Positions 63,597 to 64,000 of a stretch of 64,000 bases of DNA are shown here, piece after piece. Below the pieces are notes generated by a model, which saw only the letters and a list, made by a program, of their open reading frames with translations, was not told the origin of the DNA and did not search any database. The stretch spans positions 53,630,001 to 53,694,000 of the forward strand of contig NC_079169.1 of assembly GCF_947568905.1 (NCBI RefSeq), in the 5' to 3' direction. Numbering within the stretch: the stretch's first letter is position 1; every line of letters starts with the position of its first letter. A program made the translations under genes and the position numbers. Source of the stretch: Ostrea edulis. Lineage: Eukaryota.

Positions 63597-64000
63597 TTTT
63601 AAAAATGAAGATATACTTTGAGAAAAATAATTGGGGGGGGGGGGGGGTGTCAGAGGTGTGTGTTACATTCATATATAGATAGAGAAGAAAGAGAAATGTG
63701 TGTGAATGAAAATATGCAGTTCCAAAGTATATCCACATGAAGATGGATATTAGAATCCAGAATGCGTTAGTGTTTTGAATATACTTTTGAGCTGTATATT
63801 TTCTTTCTTTCTTTTTTTAATCTATTATTTTTGTACTCTATGTTAGTCCCTAAGCCATGTTTTTTCTGCCATGTTTTTTTCTAAAGTTTTAAAGATACAC
63901 GCATGTCAACAACAAAAATTCGACTTGTATCTTTCGTAATAGTTAACATGAATGATATCTATGTTTGTTATGCAGAATGGGGAGAGCGAATTTAAACTGG

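Larger units (their letters stand above)
61678..63600. mobile_element. PIF/Harbinger transposon relic
   Basis: GAGTCGTATGCATAAAA terminus-like motif with CTTAAG-rich subterminal repeats; Myb/SANT gene on + and transposase end on -, convergent. May continue past the window. Confidence 0.7.

Overview
Animal genomic DNA, very likely a bivalve (oyster-like, inferred from the Helentron/Cg170-type repeat, the SINEs and the protein sequences). No prokaryotic features or CRISPR arrays. The window holds two spliced + strand genes. (1) Glycogen synthase, CDS 1046-20975: 14 exons per transcript, about 697 aa by my exon chain, with a duplicated, apparently mutually exclusive exon 12 (17607-17764 or 18212-18369). 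(2) A secreted animal heme peroxidase, CDS 40815-58581: 12 coding exons, about 884 aa, with an Arg-Arg repeat tail and a candidate TATA promoter near 35620. Introns and intergenic DNA are full of non-autonomous DNA transposons (hAT5/hAT6-like, Kolobok-like, pogo-like, Helentron), two mariner relics, Penelope-like (Naiad-type) RT relics, SINEs, a CACTA/EnSpm relic, a Harbinger relic and many minisatellites. Several minisatellites are built from, or abut, splice junctions. All exon boundaries and counts were read by hand and are untested against transcripts.
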